A stretch of DNA of 64,000 nucleotides, from NCBI GenBank assembly GCA_963812135.1, contig CAWETU010000001.1, forward strand, positions 2,016,001 to 2,080,000, read 5' to 3'. Position numbers and translations under genes: made by a program. The notes beneath the pieces were generated by a model that saw nothing but the letters and a program-made list of their open reading frames with translations, searched no databases and was not told the origin of the DNA. Shown one piece after another: positions 54,527 through 64,000 of this stretch (position 1 is the first letter of the stretch; every line of letters starts with the position of its first letter). This stretch comes from Vulcanimicrobiota bacterium. GTDB lineage: Bacteria > Vulcanimicrobiota > Vulcanimicrobiia > Eremiobacterales > Eremiobacteraceae.

Positions 54527-56908
54527 TTAGACGTTGAGCGCTTTCTTCATATGCAGTTCTTGGATAGCTTTCTGCGCCTCCTCGCTGAGGTTTGACTTTC
54601 CGACCTGGACGGTCACCTTGTGAATCTTGCCGGTGAACTTGTTGTCGCCCGCTTTGTAGTCGTCGCTGACACACGTGTAGAGGTTCTCGCCCACGTCCGT
54701 CGTCTCCGCACCGAATGCGAACGGCTGAGTGTGTTCGATCCGCCCCGTGCCGACTTGTGCACCATTGACGAAGAGCACGCCGTCACCGCCCGCGCCGAGC
54801 TTGCCGCCACCATCGTACGCGAACTCGAAACGCAATGTCACCCGCCCAGCCGGCAGACGAGCGGATCCGACAATCTTGTAAATCTCGCGGCCGAGAAAGT
54901 TCCAGGCAAACCGGGGTGCGCCGTCCTTGACGTACAGGCTCCAGCCTCCCATATCCCCGCCTTGGGCGATGACCACTCCCTCCGCGCCAGCCTTCGGGAC
55001 CTCGATGTCGGCCGTAATGACGAAAGATCGGTTCTTGATGTTGATGAAGCCATTTTCGGGAATCCCTTTCATCCCCTCATAGACCGTCATCTCGGTACGA
55101 CCTTCCATCAGGTCCGGACGGCCTGCCAGAGCGGCGTTGAAGCGCTCCCAAGCGCGATCGTCAAGCGGAAGCACATGGTACTTGACGGCCTCTTCCAGGA
55201 AGACTCCCTTTAGCTTCTCAAGTTTGTCCGGATACTTCGCGGCAAGGTCGTGCGCGCAACTGAAATCTTCCTCGACGTTGTAAAGCTCCCACTTGTCGTT
55301 TTCAAACGTAGCTCGCGGCTTGGGCTCCCACGGCGGGCGATGCACCGTGGTGGCGAACCAGCCGTCTTGGTAGATCCCCCGGTTGCCCGCCATCTCGAAG
55401 TACTGCGTGGTGTGGCGAGATTTCGCATCGGGGTTATTCAGGGTGTCGAGCACGCTCACGCCTTCGAGGGGCTTCTGCTCGACGCCATAGACGACCGCGG
55501 GCTCGGGCACACCAACTGCCTCCAACACCGTCGGCGCGATATCGATCATGTGCATCCATTGCGTACGTAGACCGCCCTTCTCCGCAATGCCCTTCGGCCA
55601 GTTGACGACCATGGATTGGCAGACGCCGCCGTACGAGGCGACTTGGTGGCCCCATCCAAACGGCGTGGCGCCGGCAAAAGCCCAGCCATTGTTGTACAGA
55701 ATATGGGACTTGGGGCCGCCGATTTCGTCGAAATTCTTGAGCGCAACCTCCAGCGGCTCTGGCAGCCCGTTAAACACGGACAGCTCATTGAAGGCGCCAT
55801 TCAGGCCGCCTTGAAAAACCGAACCGTTGTCGCCCGTGATGTACACGATCAGCGTGTTGTCCATTTCGCCAAGGGCCTCAATCTCATCCAGGAACCGGCC
55901 GACTTCGTAGTCGGTCACCTCGGCAAAGGCGGCATAGATCTCCATATATCTAGCAAAGACTTTTTTCTCGTCGGCTGTCAATTGGTCCCATTCCTGAATC
56001 CCCGGCGGCTTCGGCGCGGCATCGGTGCCCGGGGGCACGACGCCGAGCTCGATTTGGCGGGCCAGCGTCTCCTTACGTACCTGGTCCCACCCCTGGTCGA
56101 ACTTGCCCTTGTACCTGTCGCGCCACGAATCGGGCACCTGGAACGGGCCGTGTGTACCGATCGCGGAGTAGTAGACGAAGAATGGTTTGTCGGGCGCCAA
56201 CGAACGCTGCGAACGCAGCCAGAGGATAGCCTTGTCGGTGATGTCGGTACTCGCGTAGTAATCGGGATCGGGGCGTATGTCCACCCTCGTCATGTTGTCG
56301 TAAATGACAGGATGGAAGAGGTCAGCCTCTCCAGACATGAAGCCGTAGAACTTCTCAAACCCGCTATGCACGGGCCAGCGATCGAACGGCCCGACCACAC
56401 TCGCTTCCCAGGGTCCCAGCTCGTGACATTTGCCGAACATGGCAGTGCTATAGCCGTTGAGTCGCAAGATCTGGGGCAACATTGTGATGCTGTCGGGACG
56501 CATCGCGGTGTACCCCGGAAAACCGGTCGCAATTTCCGAGATCACGCCGAAGTTCGCGCTATGATTGTTGCGGCCAGTGAGCAGGGCCACGCGGGCCGGC
56601 GAACACAACGGGGGGACTTTGAGGTTATTGTAGCGCAGCCCGGTCTTGGCCAGCCGGTCCAGCGTCGGCATCTGTATCGGCCCTCCGAACGTCGATATGT
56701 CGCCGAAGCCCATGTTGTCGAGAAGGATGACTACCACGTTCGGCGCACCTTTGGGCGCCTTTACCTCGAATCGCGGCGGAGCTTTCGCGTTGTGCGCATC
56801 AAGCTCGGTGATCGGCGGATACTCAGGGGGTTGGATGGGCAGCACGGTGCGGTCCATAGATGCGGCTGCCCCTGGCTTGCCGCTTTGCGCCGCGGAATCG
56901 TTTGTCAT
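54527..56908 (-). CDS. Large arylsulfatase (AtsA/AtsD-like, Cys-type) with C-terminal beta-sandwich domain
   Basis: PNVVVILLDN, LCSPARVALLTGR (CxPxR), FGKCH and GDNG motifs. Confidence 0.94.
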   Translation of the reverse strand: MTNDSAAQSGKPGAAASMDRTVLPIQPPEYPPITELDAHNAKAPPRFEVKAPKGAPNVVVILLDNMGFGDISTFGGPIQMPTLDRLAKTGLRYNNLKVPPLCSPARVALLTGRNNHSANFGVISEIATGFPGYTAMRPDSITMLPQILRLNGYSTAMFGKCHELGPWEASVVGPFDRWPVHSGFEKFYGFMSGEADLFHPVIYDNMTRVDIRPDPDYYASTDITDKAILWLRSQRSLAPDKPFFVYYSAIGTHGPFQVPDSWRDRYKGKFDQGWDQVRKETLARQIELGVVPPGTDAAPKPPGIQEWDQLTADEKKVFARYMEIYAAFAEVTDYEVGRFLDEIEALGEMDNTLIVYITGDNGSVFQGGLNGAFNELSVFNGLPEPLEVALKNFDEIGGPKSHILYNNGWAFAGATPFGWGHQVASYGGVCQSMVVNWPKGIAEKGGLRTQWMHMIDIAPTVLEAVGVPEPAVVYGVEQKPLEGVSVLDTLNNPDAKSRHTTQYFEMAGNRGIYQDGWFATTVHRPPWEPKPRATFENDKWELYNVEEDFSCAHDLAAKYPDKLEKLKGVFLEEAVKYHVLPLDDRAWERFNAALAGRPDLMEGRTEMTVYEGMKGIPENGFINIKNRSFVITADIEVPKAGAEGVVIAQGGDMGGWSLYVKDGAPRFAWNFLGREIYKIVGSARLPAGRVTLRFEFAYDGGGKLGAGGDGVLFVNGAQVGTGRIEHTQPFAFGAETTDVGENLYTCVSDDYKAGDNKFTGKIHKVTVQVGKSNLSEEAQKAIQELHMKKALNV

Positions 56909-57094
56909 GGATTTTTCCCCCTATCGCCCGATCGAAGACGTATGGCTTTATCGAAGAGAAGATATGTCGCCACGTTCACGCCCGAGCCCTTCTCCTGCCC
57001 GCGGTCTCTCTAGGCCGTCGACTTCGCCGAGTGCGTCATCTTAACGGAAGGTAAAGAATGCCGGAATCGTTGGCTCATGGCTGCTGCGACGAGC

Positions 57095-57124
57095 TCAAAT
57101 CAATCCCCGCAAATTTCCGGGACA
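57095..57124 (+). repeat. Degenerate direct repeat of the tRNA-fMet 3' end (att-like)
   Basis: TCAAATCAAT-CCCCGCAAATTTCCGGGACA vs 54435-54465 TCAAATCCATCCCCCGCAAATTTTCAGGATA, 26/31 by manual alignment. Confidence 0.75.
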
Positions 57125-57188
57125 TAGATAGTTACGATCGCATCTCCGCGGACAAGCGCGACTTGATGCGTTATGAGGAGGTACGGAC

Positions 57189-57578
57189 GTGAAAGTACAG
57201 CTTGGCGCGGTCTGGCATTTCAGCCTTGCCGTCAGAGACCCGGAGAAGAGCGCGCAGTTTTGGACCAAGAACTTCGATCTGCAGGAAATGTTTCGGTCCG
57301 ACGAGGCCATCGCGCTGACGAACGACGCGATGATCATCGGGTTCTTCAAAGGCATACCACATCCGGACGCGATCGACCACATGTCGTTTCACCTCGACAG
57401 TATGCGCGCGCTGCGCGAAGCGTTCGAGATGTTGAAGAAAAACGGCGTAGAACTGGAAGATCCGGGCGACGAGATCGGCCCCACATCGCCGGGCTCGCCG
57501 CATATGGGCCTGTGGTTTCACGATCCGGACGGGTATCGCTGGGAGCTCGCGGTTCAGAACGGTGCCCGCGAGCGCTAA
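57189..57578 (+). CDS. VOC/glyoxalase family protein
   Basis: HFSLAVRD, DHMSF and FHDPDGYRWEL motifs; GAGGAGG RBS. Confidence 0.92.
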   Translation: MKVQLGAVWHFSLAVRDPEKSAQFWTKNFDLQEMFRSDEAIALTNDAMIIGFFKGIPHPDAIDHMSFHLDSMRALREAFEMLKKNGVELEDPGDEIGPTSPGSPHMGLWFHDPDGYRWELAVQNGARER

Positions 57579-57669
57579 CCGTGCAGCTCGGCTCAGTTCC
57601 TAATTTGCCAGCGCGCCTCTATGTGAATGACACAAGTTGTCAAGGTTTTGTTATCCGATCATTTGTGCG

Positions 57670-57680
57670 CCCCCGCAAAT
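57670..57680 (+). repeat. Short copy of the tRNA-fMet 3' end (CCCCCGCAAAT)
   Basis: 11/11 identical to 54445-54455; intergenic. Confidence 0.5.
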
Positions 57681-57720
57681 GCAATATTCGCCGCCCTCTC
57701 ACTCATTAGGGAGGGCGATC

Positions 57721-58917
57721 TTATTTTGCGCGGTACAGTGAGTGGCCGCCCAGATTGATCCAGTCAAACGTCCGGTTGTTTTCCTGAGCTTTCGGCGCAT
57801 AAAAGGTGCGCATAGCGCGCCGTCCATCAGCGAAGGTGAAGATCATCGTCTGGTTCTGGATGGAGTAGGTACCTTGCTGTATTCGAGGATGTTCATAGAA
57901 GGCGCTAGGCACAATCATCTGGTCCATGACCTGGTGATCAATAAACGTCCCATCTGCCGAAAACTGCAAGTACTGGCCTGCGCCGGTGACGCCCCAGTTA
58001 TAGCTCCCGGAGAATCTCTTTCCTGTGCAGCGGCACATCGGAACATAGACGTCGAGCCCCGGATTTGCGGAGCTCTCGTTCCGCGTGATGACTTGGCGGT
58101 CCCCAGCGTAATCCTGCCACTGGATGCTGATCTGGTTGCCATCCACGCGATATCGGCCGACCCAACTACGGTTGGTATTGGGATCGTTGCGATTTGCGGT
58201 GAAATCGAACCCGATCATGCCATCCTTAGGCACATTCTTGACGACCCAACCATCCGGACTGAAAAGCAAAGGCTTGGCTCCAAGCCCGCCGCTCGCGTCG
58301 AGACTGAAGCTGACATAGATTCCCTCGAGCGCTCCCGGCGGCAGCTTGTGTGGTGCTTCCGCAACCGGGCCTGAGCCGGCAGGTGGGGGAGTCTTCGAAC
58401 CAGGGAGCGCGTCACCGAAGCTCAGACTGGCGAGAAAAGTCTGCTGAAAGACCTGCTCGTATGCGGAAAGCATGGTGCCCGAAGGCACGTTGCTCATGAA
58501 CATCACGGTCTGGATGCGCTTCTTGTACTGCGCTCCCATCAGGAACGCGTTCCACTGGACGCCGTTGCGATCACGCGCGATACCCGTTGCGTAGTACGCG
58601 TCGTAGCCGTTAGCGTGCATCTGCGTGATTTGTCCGCCTTGCAATATCTGGTACGAGCTCGTGAAGCCCTGCCAGAGCTCGCCGAACGATTTCGCTAGGT
58701 CGCCGTCAATATTGTCGGCGGCGATCGCGATGTACGTCACCGTGCCCGGCGGAGGTGCCGGGGCGTAGATGATCGTCGTGTCTCCCTTTTGAATCGGATT
58801 CCAGCCGTTAGGCATCTTGAAAAGGAAGTTGCCGACCTGCGTGTCCGGAGCGAGCTGCGCTGCCGCAGCCGGCATTGCGGCAAGCAGGGCAAGAAGAAGC
58901 GCTCCAAGACGAATCAT
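57721..58917 (-). CDS. Secreted hypothetical protein with repeated beta-rich (lipocalin-like) modules
   Basis: Signal peptide MIRLG..AAA; two FSxDG..G.Y.I units; ATGA overlap with the upstream gene. Confidence 0.78.
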   Translation of the reverse strand: MIRLGALLLALLAAMPAAAAQLAPDTQVGNFLFKMPNGWNPIQKGDTTIIYAPAPPPGTVTYIAIAADNIDGDLAKSFGELWQGFTSSYQILQGGQITQMHANGYDAYYATGIARDRNGVQWNAFLMGAQYKKRIQTVMFMSNVPSGTMLSAYEQVFQQTFLASLSFGDALPGSKTPPPAGSGPVAEAPHKLPPGALEGIYVSFSLDASGGLGAKPLLFSPDGWVVKNVPKDGMIGFDFTANRNDPNTNRSWVGRYRVDGNQISIQWQDYAGDRQVITRNESSANPGLDVYVPMCRCTGKRFSGSYNWGVTGAGQYLQFSADGTFIDHQVMDQMIVPSAFYEHPRIQQGTYSIQNQTMIFTFADGRRAMRTFYAPKAQENNRTFDWINLGGHSLYRAK

Positions 58918-61005
58918 TTCAGCGGTGCGGGATTTTCCTGCGGCGTCGTGCGCCGCAACTCCAGCACCGTATGCTCGTGCGCTTGGCATGGTAGGCCGGG
59001 CGAAGAACCGCAATCGCTTTCTCGATCGTAGACCTTGCGCGCAAGTATCCCACCGCTGCCGCGCTGCCAGTCGGTGATCGTGAACGCGACACCGGCGATC
59101 ACGCCCGGGCGGGCGAGGTACAGTTCCGACATGTGCGCTTGCATAAAGAGGCGGCCAGTGAAGACCGTCGACGTTATGTCAGACCCATTCTCCGGTCCAC
59201 ACCGGGCCCACAAAACGTCGTGCGATTGCGACATGCCTAGCACCAGGGTCACTCCGAAGTTCTGCCCCAGCCGGACCTTCATCGGATCGGCGACGACGAG
59301 CACATAGCCCGGGAATTCCCCGTGAAAGCGCGATTGACACGAGCATTCAATCAACTTGGCGGTGTACGCGTCTGGCGAGGCTTGACCAAGCAATGCGTAC
59401 GACCGGTTCTGCATGCCTTGCACCGTCTCGAGCGAGATCGGCACGTCGGCGCTCATATGGTAGTGCATCGTATAGTCCCACCCACCCGGCCCGACGATCG
59501 CCTGATGGTAATCGAATGTGGAGTTCATCAAGAGCTCGAGGTTGACGTCGTAGTCGATCACGGCAAACGTGTATGACGCCACTTTGGTGAGCAGCGTCGT
59601 CCGTTTGATCAGCTCGACCGGGACGGTGAGAAAAGCGAGGATGCTGCGCGGCTGGCCGATCGCCGAGACGAAGTCTTCCTTGATGTTCGCGCGCTGCAGC
59701 TGCAGTAGGCCGACGACCGTCGCCTGCTTCTCGACCTCGGTGGAGAAATCAGGCAGATCATCGGGCCGAGCTTTACCCTCGACGATGACGTGCGACTCGC
59801 CCGCCTCGTCGGTGGGCACGCGTGCGGTCTCGATGCCGCGGTAGTCCACCAGCGCTTGACCGTCGGTGATCCTCCAATCAACGGCGGCATCGCCGACCGG
59901 GCCATCGTGGAAAATATCGCCCGTATCAAGCCCAACGGTGGCCAGCGCGTTCTTGAGGCAGTTCGTCCAGGTCCAATTCTTCGCGTTGATGCGCACCGAG
60001 CCGATAAGCTCGCGCTGCTCGCCCGCGGCTCGCGTCCTGTTGCGCCGCAGCGGTGGCTTATCCATCGTGATCTTGAACTCGAGCAGCGACTAGGTAGGTG
60101 AGCAACAGCTGCGCCCACGCCACGATAACGTTGAAGGCTGCCGAAATCGCTTGCGCTTTCGAGATCCCCGGCTCAGCCGCGTGGATGTGTTCCGCCACGT
60201 ATTCGAGCAGCTTATCGAAACCTTGGCTCTCGACAGATCCGCCCAGTTCCATGATCTGCCCCGCGCCTTCTGACGGATCGCAGGGAGGCTTGGCATCGGC
60301 GACGCGCACCGGCCCGAAATCGAGCGTTCCGATCTCGGCAACGCGCACGGACCTCGGGGCTGATGCGGCCGCACTGCGCGACGCGGCGAACAAGTCAGCC
60401 GCGAGCCTGCGCAAGACCAACGCTGTTTGGATCGCATCAAGATCGATCTTGCTCGTATCGGATTCGGTGGAAAGATCGTAGTGCTGCGTGCCTTCGCGGC
60501 CGAGCGCGATGATGAACTGCGCCCAGAAGCGCAGCGCGGGATCTGCGCTTTGCGCATCCGTGCGGATCCCGGCGGTGATGAGCCCGGCGACATCCGCACC
60601 TTTGAAAGGCGCCAGCTCATCTTGCATAGCGGCTCCAAGCGAAGACAACGGCGCCAGCGCGACGCCGTGTTCCATCGCCTTCAGCATCGCCTCGATCTCC
60701 CAAGAGGAAAAGCCCACGTGCTGATTCGCTCCCGCGGGCTGGACGAGATAGGAGCCGTCGGCGTTGCGCACCGGCATGCCGGCCAGTCCGAGCGCCTGCA
60801 ACAATCCTTGTCGCGCTCCAGGGCCACCGGCGAGGACTTGGCGAGCAAGCACCGTCGCTTGATCGCTGACGGGGGCGGGCGATACCGCCGCCGGCGCGGG
60901 CTGCGCGGAGGTTGGCGCGGAGGTTGTCGCGGACGCGCTCGCCAGGGGCATGACCGCGAGATTGAACGCCAGCAGGACGGCGACGCAGCTTCTCACGTTC
61001 ATCAT
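58914..61005 (-). CDS. Large secreted hypothetical protein; apparent +1 frameshift near 60090 joining ORFs 60058-61005 and 58914-60065
   Basis: Signal peptide; the downstream frame is open upstream of its ATG (SLLEFKITMDKPPL). Confidence 0.65.
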
Positions 61006-61008
61006 CGG

Positions 61009-62034
61009 CTACGATTGCGCTTGCGGTGGCGCGGCGGGCGTCGCGCTCGGCTGTGGCGGCGGGCCGCTAGCCGACGGCGACGGCCTGCCAGTCGGCGGTC
61101 CCGGCGGCGCGAGGCTTGGCGGCGGCACTTGCGTGTAACCGGAAGGCACGTCGAAGAAGGCCGGATCGTAGGCGATCTTGCTGATGGATGTCGTCTCGAT
61201 GCGCGTAGTTAGTAATGAAGCGAAATCGAGTCCCGGCATCGTCGGGAGTTGGAACGGCATCGTGGACAGGTCGACCTTTCGCTCTAAGCGCAGGGGTATC
61301 TCGATATTCCCGGCCATGATCTGCCCTGACTGGCTGCAGCTGTTGGGCATGTCGGAGAGCGCATACCACTTGTCGGTGGTCGCGCTCGGGATACCCGGCG
61401 CAGAAAAAGTTTCGACTTCGTGGTGCGCCTGCATGCCGGCGATCGTCTGGACCTGATCATCCTTTTGGCGGTCGATGTGCACCTGGGCTTGCGAAGCGTT
61501 CTGGTGGACCGCCGCCGCGATGAGTGCGTCGCTGGAATCGAGCGTCGTCACGAAATAGGTCTTCGCGTCGTGATTCAGCGTGATGATCTTGCCGGCGTCG
61601 CACTGGGCGATGAGCGAGATGTGTTCGTAATCAACACGCGCGCGCTGCGGCGAGATGGTTGTGGTCGAGCTGATCGTTTTGTCTTTTATGATAACGGTAG
61701 GCATCACGTGCCCCATCACGTTCTTCTCGAGCTTGCTCGCGACGGTGTCCGCGAGCGAACCGAGGATCGGCGACGCGCGGCTCAATGCGGCGCGGATGAC
61801 TCCGGTGAGGAAGTCGTGGATCCGGTCTTGGATCTGCGCTTGGAACGCCTGCGCCATCACCTGCGCCGGGTTGAACCCCGGCTTGCTCGGCATCCCCCCA
61901 GGCGCCGTGGGCACCTTCACGTGCGTGACCTGCACGTACTGCAGCACCTGTTCATCTGCGCGTGCGCTCACCGGCGTCGCGGCGAGCGATGCCGCGAGCA
62001 GCGCGCATATCAATGGAATGCATATGTGCTTCAT
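61009..62034 (-). CDS. Secreted hypothetical protein (DUF4412-like) with Pro-rich tail
   Basis: Signal peptide; TLNHDAKTY, TIAG and FFDVPSGY pattern. Confidence 0.75.
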   Translation of the reverse strand: MKHICIPLICALLAASLAATPVSARADEQVLQYVQVTHVKVPTAPGGMPSKPGFNPAQVMAQAFQAQIQDRIHDFLTGVIRAALSRASPILGSLADTVASKLEKNVMGHVMPTVIIKDKTISSTTTISPQRARVDYEHISLIAQCDAGKIITLNHDAKTYFVTTLDSSDALIAAAVHQNASQAQVHIDRQKDDQVQTIAGMQAHHEVETFSAPGIPSATTDKWYALSDMPNSCSQSGQIMAGNIEIPLRLERKVDLSTMPFQLPTMPGLDFASLLTTRIETTSISKIAYDPAFFDVPSGYTQVPPPSLAPPGPPTGRPSPSASGPPPQPSATPAAPPQAQS

Positions 62035-62035
62035 A

Positions 62036-63091
62036 TTAATGAGCCGCCGCGAAATCCGGCGGCGGCGCGAACAGCGATGCGTCGTCCGGACCGAGCTGCT
62101 TGATGTTGGAGCGCATCGAAACCGCGATCAACGGTCCATCGACGTTTGCGGCCTCGCTGTCGACACGGACCAGCCGGTACAGATAGAGATGAGCGCTTGG
62201 ATCGTCGCCACTGTTATGATGGTCGATCGTCGGCGCGCATCCCGTCGGCAGCGCGAGGGACTCGAGCCCGCCGGCGAGCGGCGCCGGTTCGGGCAGATCC
62301 GTCACGTACTCGGTCACAGATTCGCGGGTCTCGCCATCTTCGCAAGCGCCGCGGGCTTCGCTCACCAGTAGCATCGCGGTGCCCTCGTAATGCGTCGCCG
62401 TCTGCCCGTCAATGACGAGCGGGTCTTTGAGCGTCCATGATGCCGTTGTTTGGAGCTGCGCCGTGCTCGACGCAGTCAGCGTCTTCGAGCCCGCGACGGC
62501 GGTGCCGTAGGCGGTCGTCGAAAACAACTTATTCTGGAGATCGAGCGTGTACTTCTTGCCGAGATCGGGGCGCGTGATGATCGCATACTCGCCCGGCACT
62601 TCGACGCGCGTCCACCCGTTGTAGAACGCGTAGCGGGTGAGCACGCCGGCGTTCATGACGTTGCGCATCTCGGCGGCGGCTTGCTCCGCCTTCCTCTCCT
62701 GCGCGTGTGAACCCAGGCTTGTGATCCAGCTTCCGACGAACGGAATCGGGATCTCGCTGGCGGCGATGTTCGCAAGCGTATCCGTGATCGACTCACCGTG
62801 CGCGGCCGATGTCGTCTGACTGTTCTTCGCGATCGCTTGGCGTTTCTTGATCAGCTCCAGCTCAACCGCGAACGAGCCCGGCGGCGGAGGCGTCGCAGTG
62901 CCGGCGACCGTCCGGTCGATCTGATCGAACATCACGCCGACGGGAGGGGATTTCGGCGGCGCGATCGTCGCGGTCGAAGAGGACGCGGCCGGCAGCCTGG
63001 CAACTGCCACGGCGGCGACCACCGCGAACAGTCCCGCGGCGACAGCAGCTGGCCACGGTCGCCAGAGCTGTTTGAAAGTTGGATGTTGCAC
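62036..63091 (-). CDS. Membrane-anchored/secreted hypothetical protein (DUF4412-like); start uncertain
   Basis: N-terminal TM; YTLDLQNK, IDG and LFAPPPDF pattern similar to the neighbour. Confidence 0.7.
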   Translation of the reverse strand: MQHPTFKQLWRPWPAAVAAGLFAVVAAVAVARLPAASSSTATIAPPKSPPVGVMFDQIDRTVAGTATPPPPGSFAVELELIKKRQAIAKNSQTTSAAHGESITDTLANIAASEIPIPFVGSWITSLGSHAQERKAEQAAAEMRNVMNAGVLTRYAFYNGWTRVEVPGEYAIITRPDLGKKYTLDLQNKLFSTTAYGTAVAGSKTLTASSTAQLQTTASWTLKDPLVIDGQTATHYEGTAMLLVSEARGACEDGETRESVTEYVTDLPEPAPLAGGLESLALPTGCAPTIDHHNSGDDPSAHLYLYRLVRVDSEAANVDGPLIAVSMRSNIKQLGPDDASLFAPPPDFAAAH

Positions 63092-63311
63092 GAGCCCACC
63101 TTGCCGGTCGCCGAAAGTTCGTCGAGTTACCTTGCGCAGCGACGGTCGCGACCGTGGCGTCTGGAGTCGTGGCGGTGAAGATCTTGTCGCCGTTGTTCTC
63201 CGACGCTGCGAGCGTCCCCCCACTGCGAAGGGCTCGTCAACACCCTACGCCTGGACCGCAAATCAATCGTGAAATGGACGACTGGCTGCCCGTCGAACTA
63301 TGTCCCGCTTG

Positions 63312-64000
63312 TCAAGGTCGTTTGTTGAAGACGTCATCGCCGAATGCCGCGAGCCCAGTCGCCCCAGAATAGCCGAGGTGTGGGAGTTCGAAGATGTCTT
63401 CGATCGTTTTGAGCGTCGAGTAGTGGTTGTACGGTTGTTTGGACACCGTGCCTGGCTTGATGAACGGTGACACTGCGATGGCGCCGGTGTTGCCGCCGCC
63501 CGGACCGATCTGACCGGCTAGTCCCGTGTTCGGACCGCTTTGTTCGTTGCAACACGCGGTCGCATCACCGATCATCGTGAATTGACCGTTGACCATCTTC
63601 CCTTCAACCTCGGTCTCGTCGAAAAGGATCAAGCAGCAGGCCGTCACGCGAGTACGCGGGTGATGCCAAGATCATCGGTACCCAGAGCGCAAGCCACGCA
63701 TTCGCGGATATCAAGCCGCCCGGCTGTCGCGTCACGCACGGGGCGTCGTGCCCATCGTCGCACAAGTTGGGTGTGATGAATGTGAGGTTGGCAGTGGTCT
63801 CGTACGAGGCGAGATCGCGCGGCAGCTGGCGGAAGTTGACGACGTGCGCCGCGCAATCCGGCGAGTCGATCACCGAGTGGAAATACATGAATGGATTGTG
63901 CCGCGTCGCGTATTGATCGCCTTGCGGTGCCGCGGCCGACGGCGCCTGTGCTTTTTGCGTGTTGTCCGGGGCGCCAAGCGGGGGGTGTCCGCAGGTCGAG
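63312..64000 (-). CDS. Phosphoesterase/acid phosphatase family protein (C-terminal part); apparent +1 frameshift near 63634
   Basis: YATRHNPF, FITPNLCDDGHD, FDE and YNHYSTLKTIEDIF motifs. Confidence 0.85.

Noticed and set aside
57628..57642. TGACA-N5-TGTCA palindrome
   Set aside because: It lies between convergent gene ends with nothing to regulate; single occurrence.

Overview
High-GC bacterial chromosome segment. Gene content and gene order suggest a Terrabacteria-type lineage, possibly Eremiobacterota-like; this is inference and unverified. Housekeeping genes: hemE (partial), metK, ahcY, fchA-like, folD, an ECF sigma/ZAS anti-sigma/RseB-like trio, etfAB, a long minus-strand run hrcA-dnaJ-prmA-rsmE-GT2-accD-accA-ftsB-S1-ppx, a DinG helicase, tdh-kbl and add. 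Main observations: (1) two tRNA genes, tRNA-Leu(UAA) and initiator tRNA-fMet(CAU), are each split by a group I intron, and the fMet intron carries an extra ~100-nt structured domain in loop L1; (2) ten copies of a 24-nt GTAG-type palindrome (REP-like), which supply stop codons to five genes and sit in-frame inside three proteins; (3) a DtxR/MntR-regulated cluster encoding a Tat-exported two-domain multicopper oxidase fused to a ZIP transporter, followed by Ni/Co-type transporters, DUF4331 and TPR genes; (4) degenerate copies of the tRNA-fMet 3' end that separate downstream gene blocks like a tandem integration array. At least six single-base frameshifts, mostly +1, suggest residual sequencing error, so fusions and pseudogenes are treated cautiously. 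All product calls come from motif recognition, not database searches.
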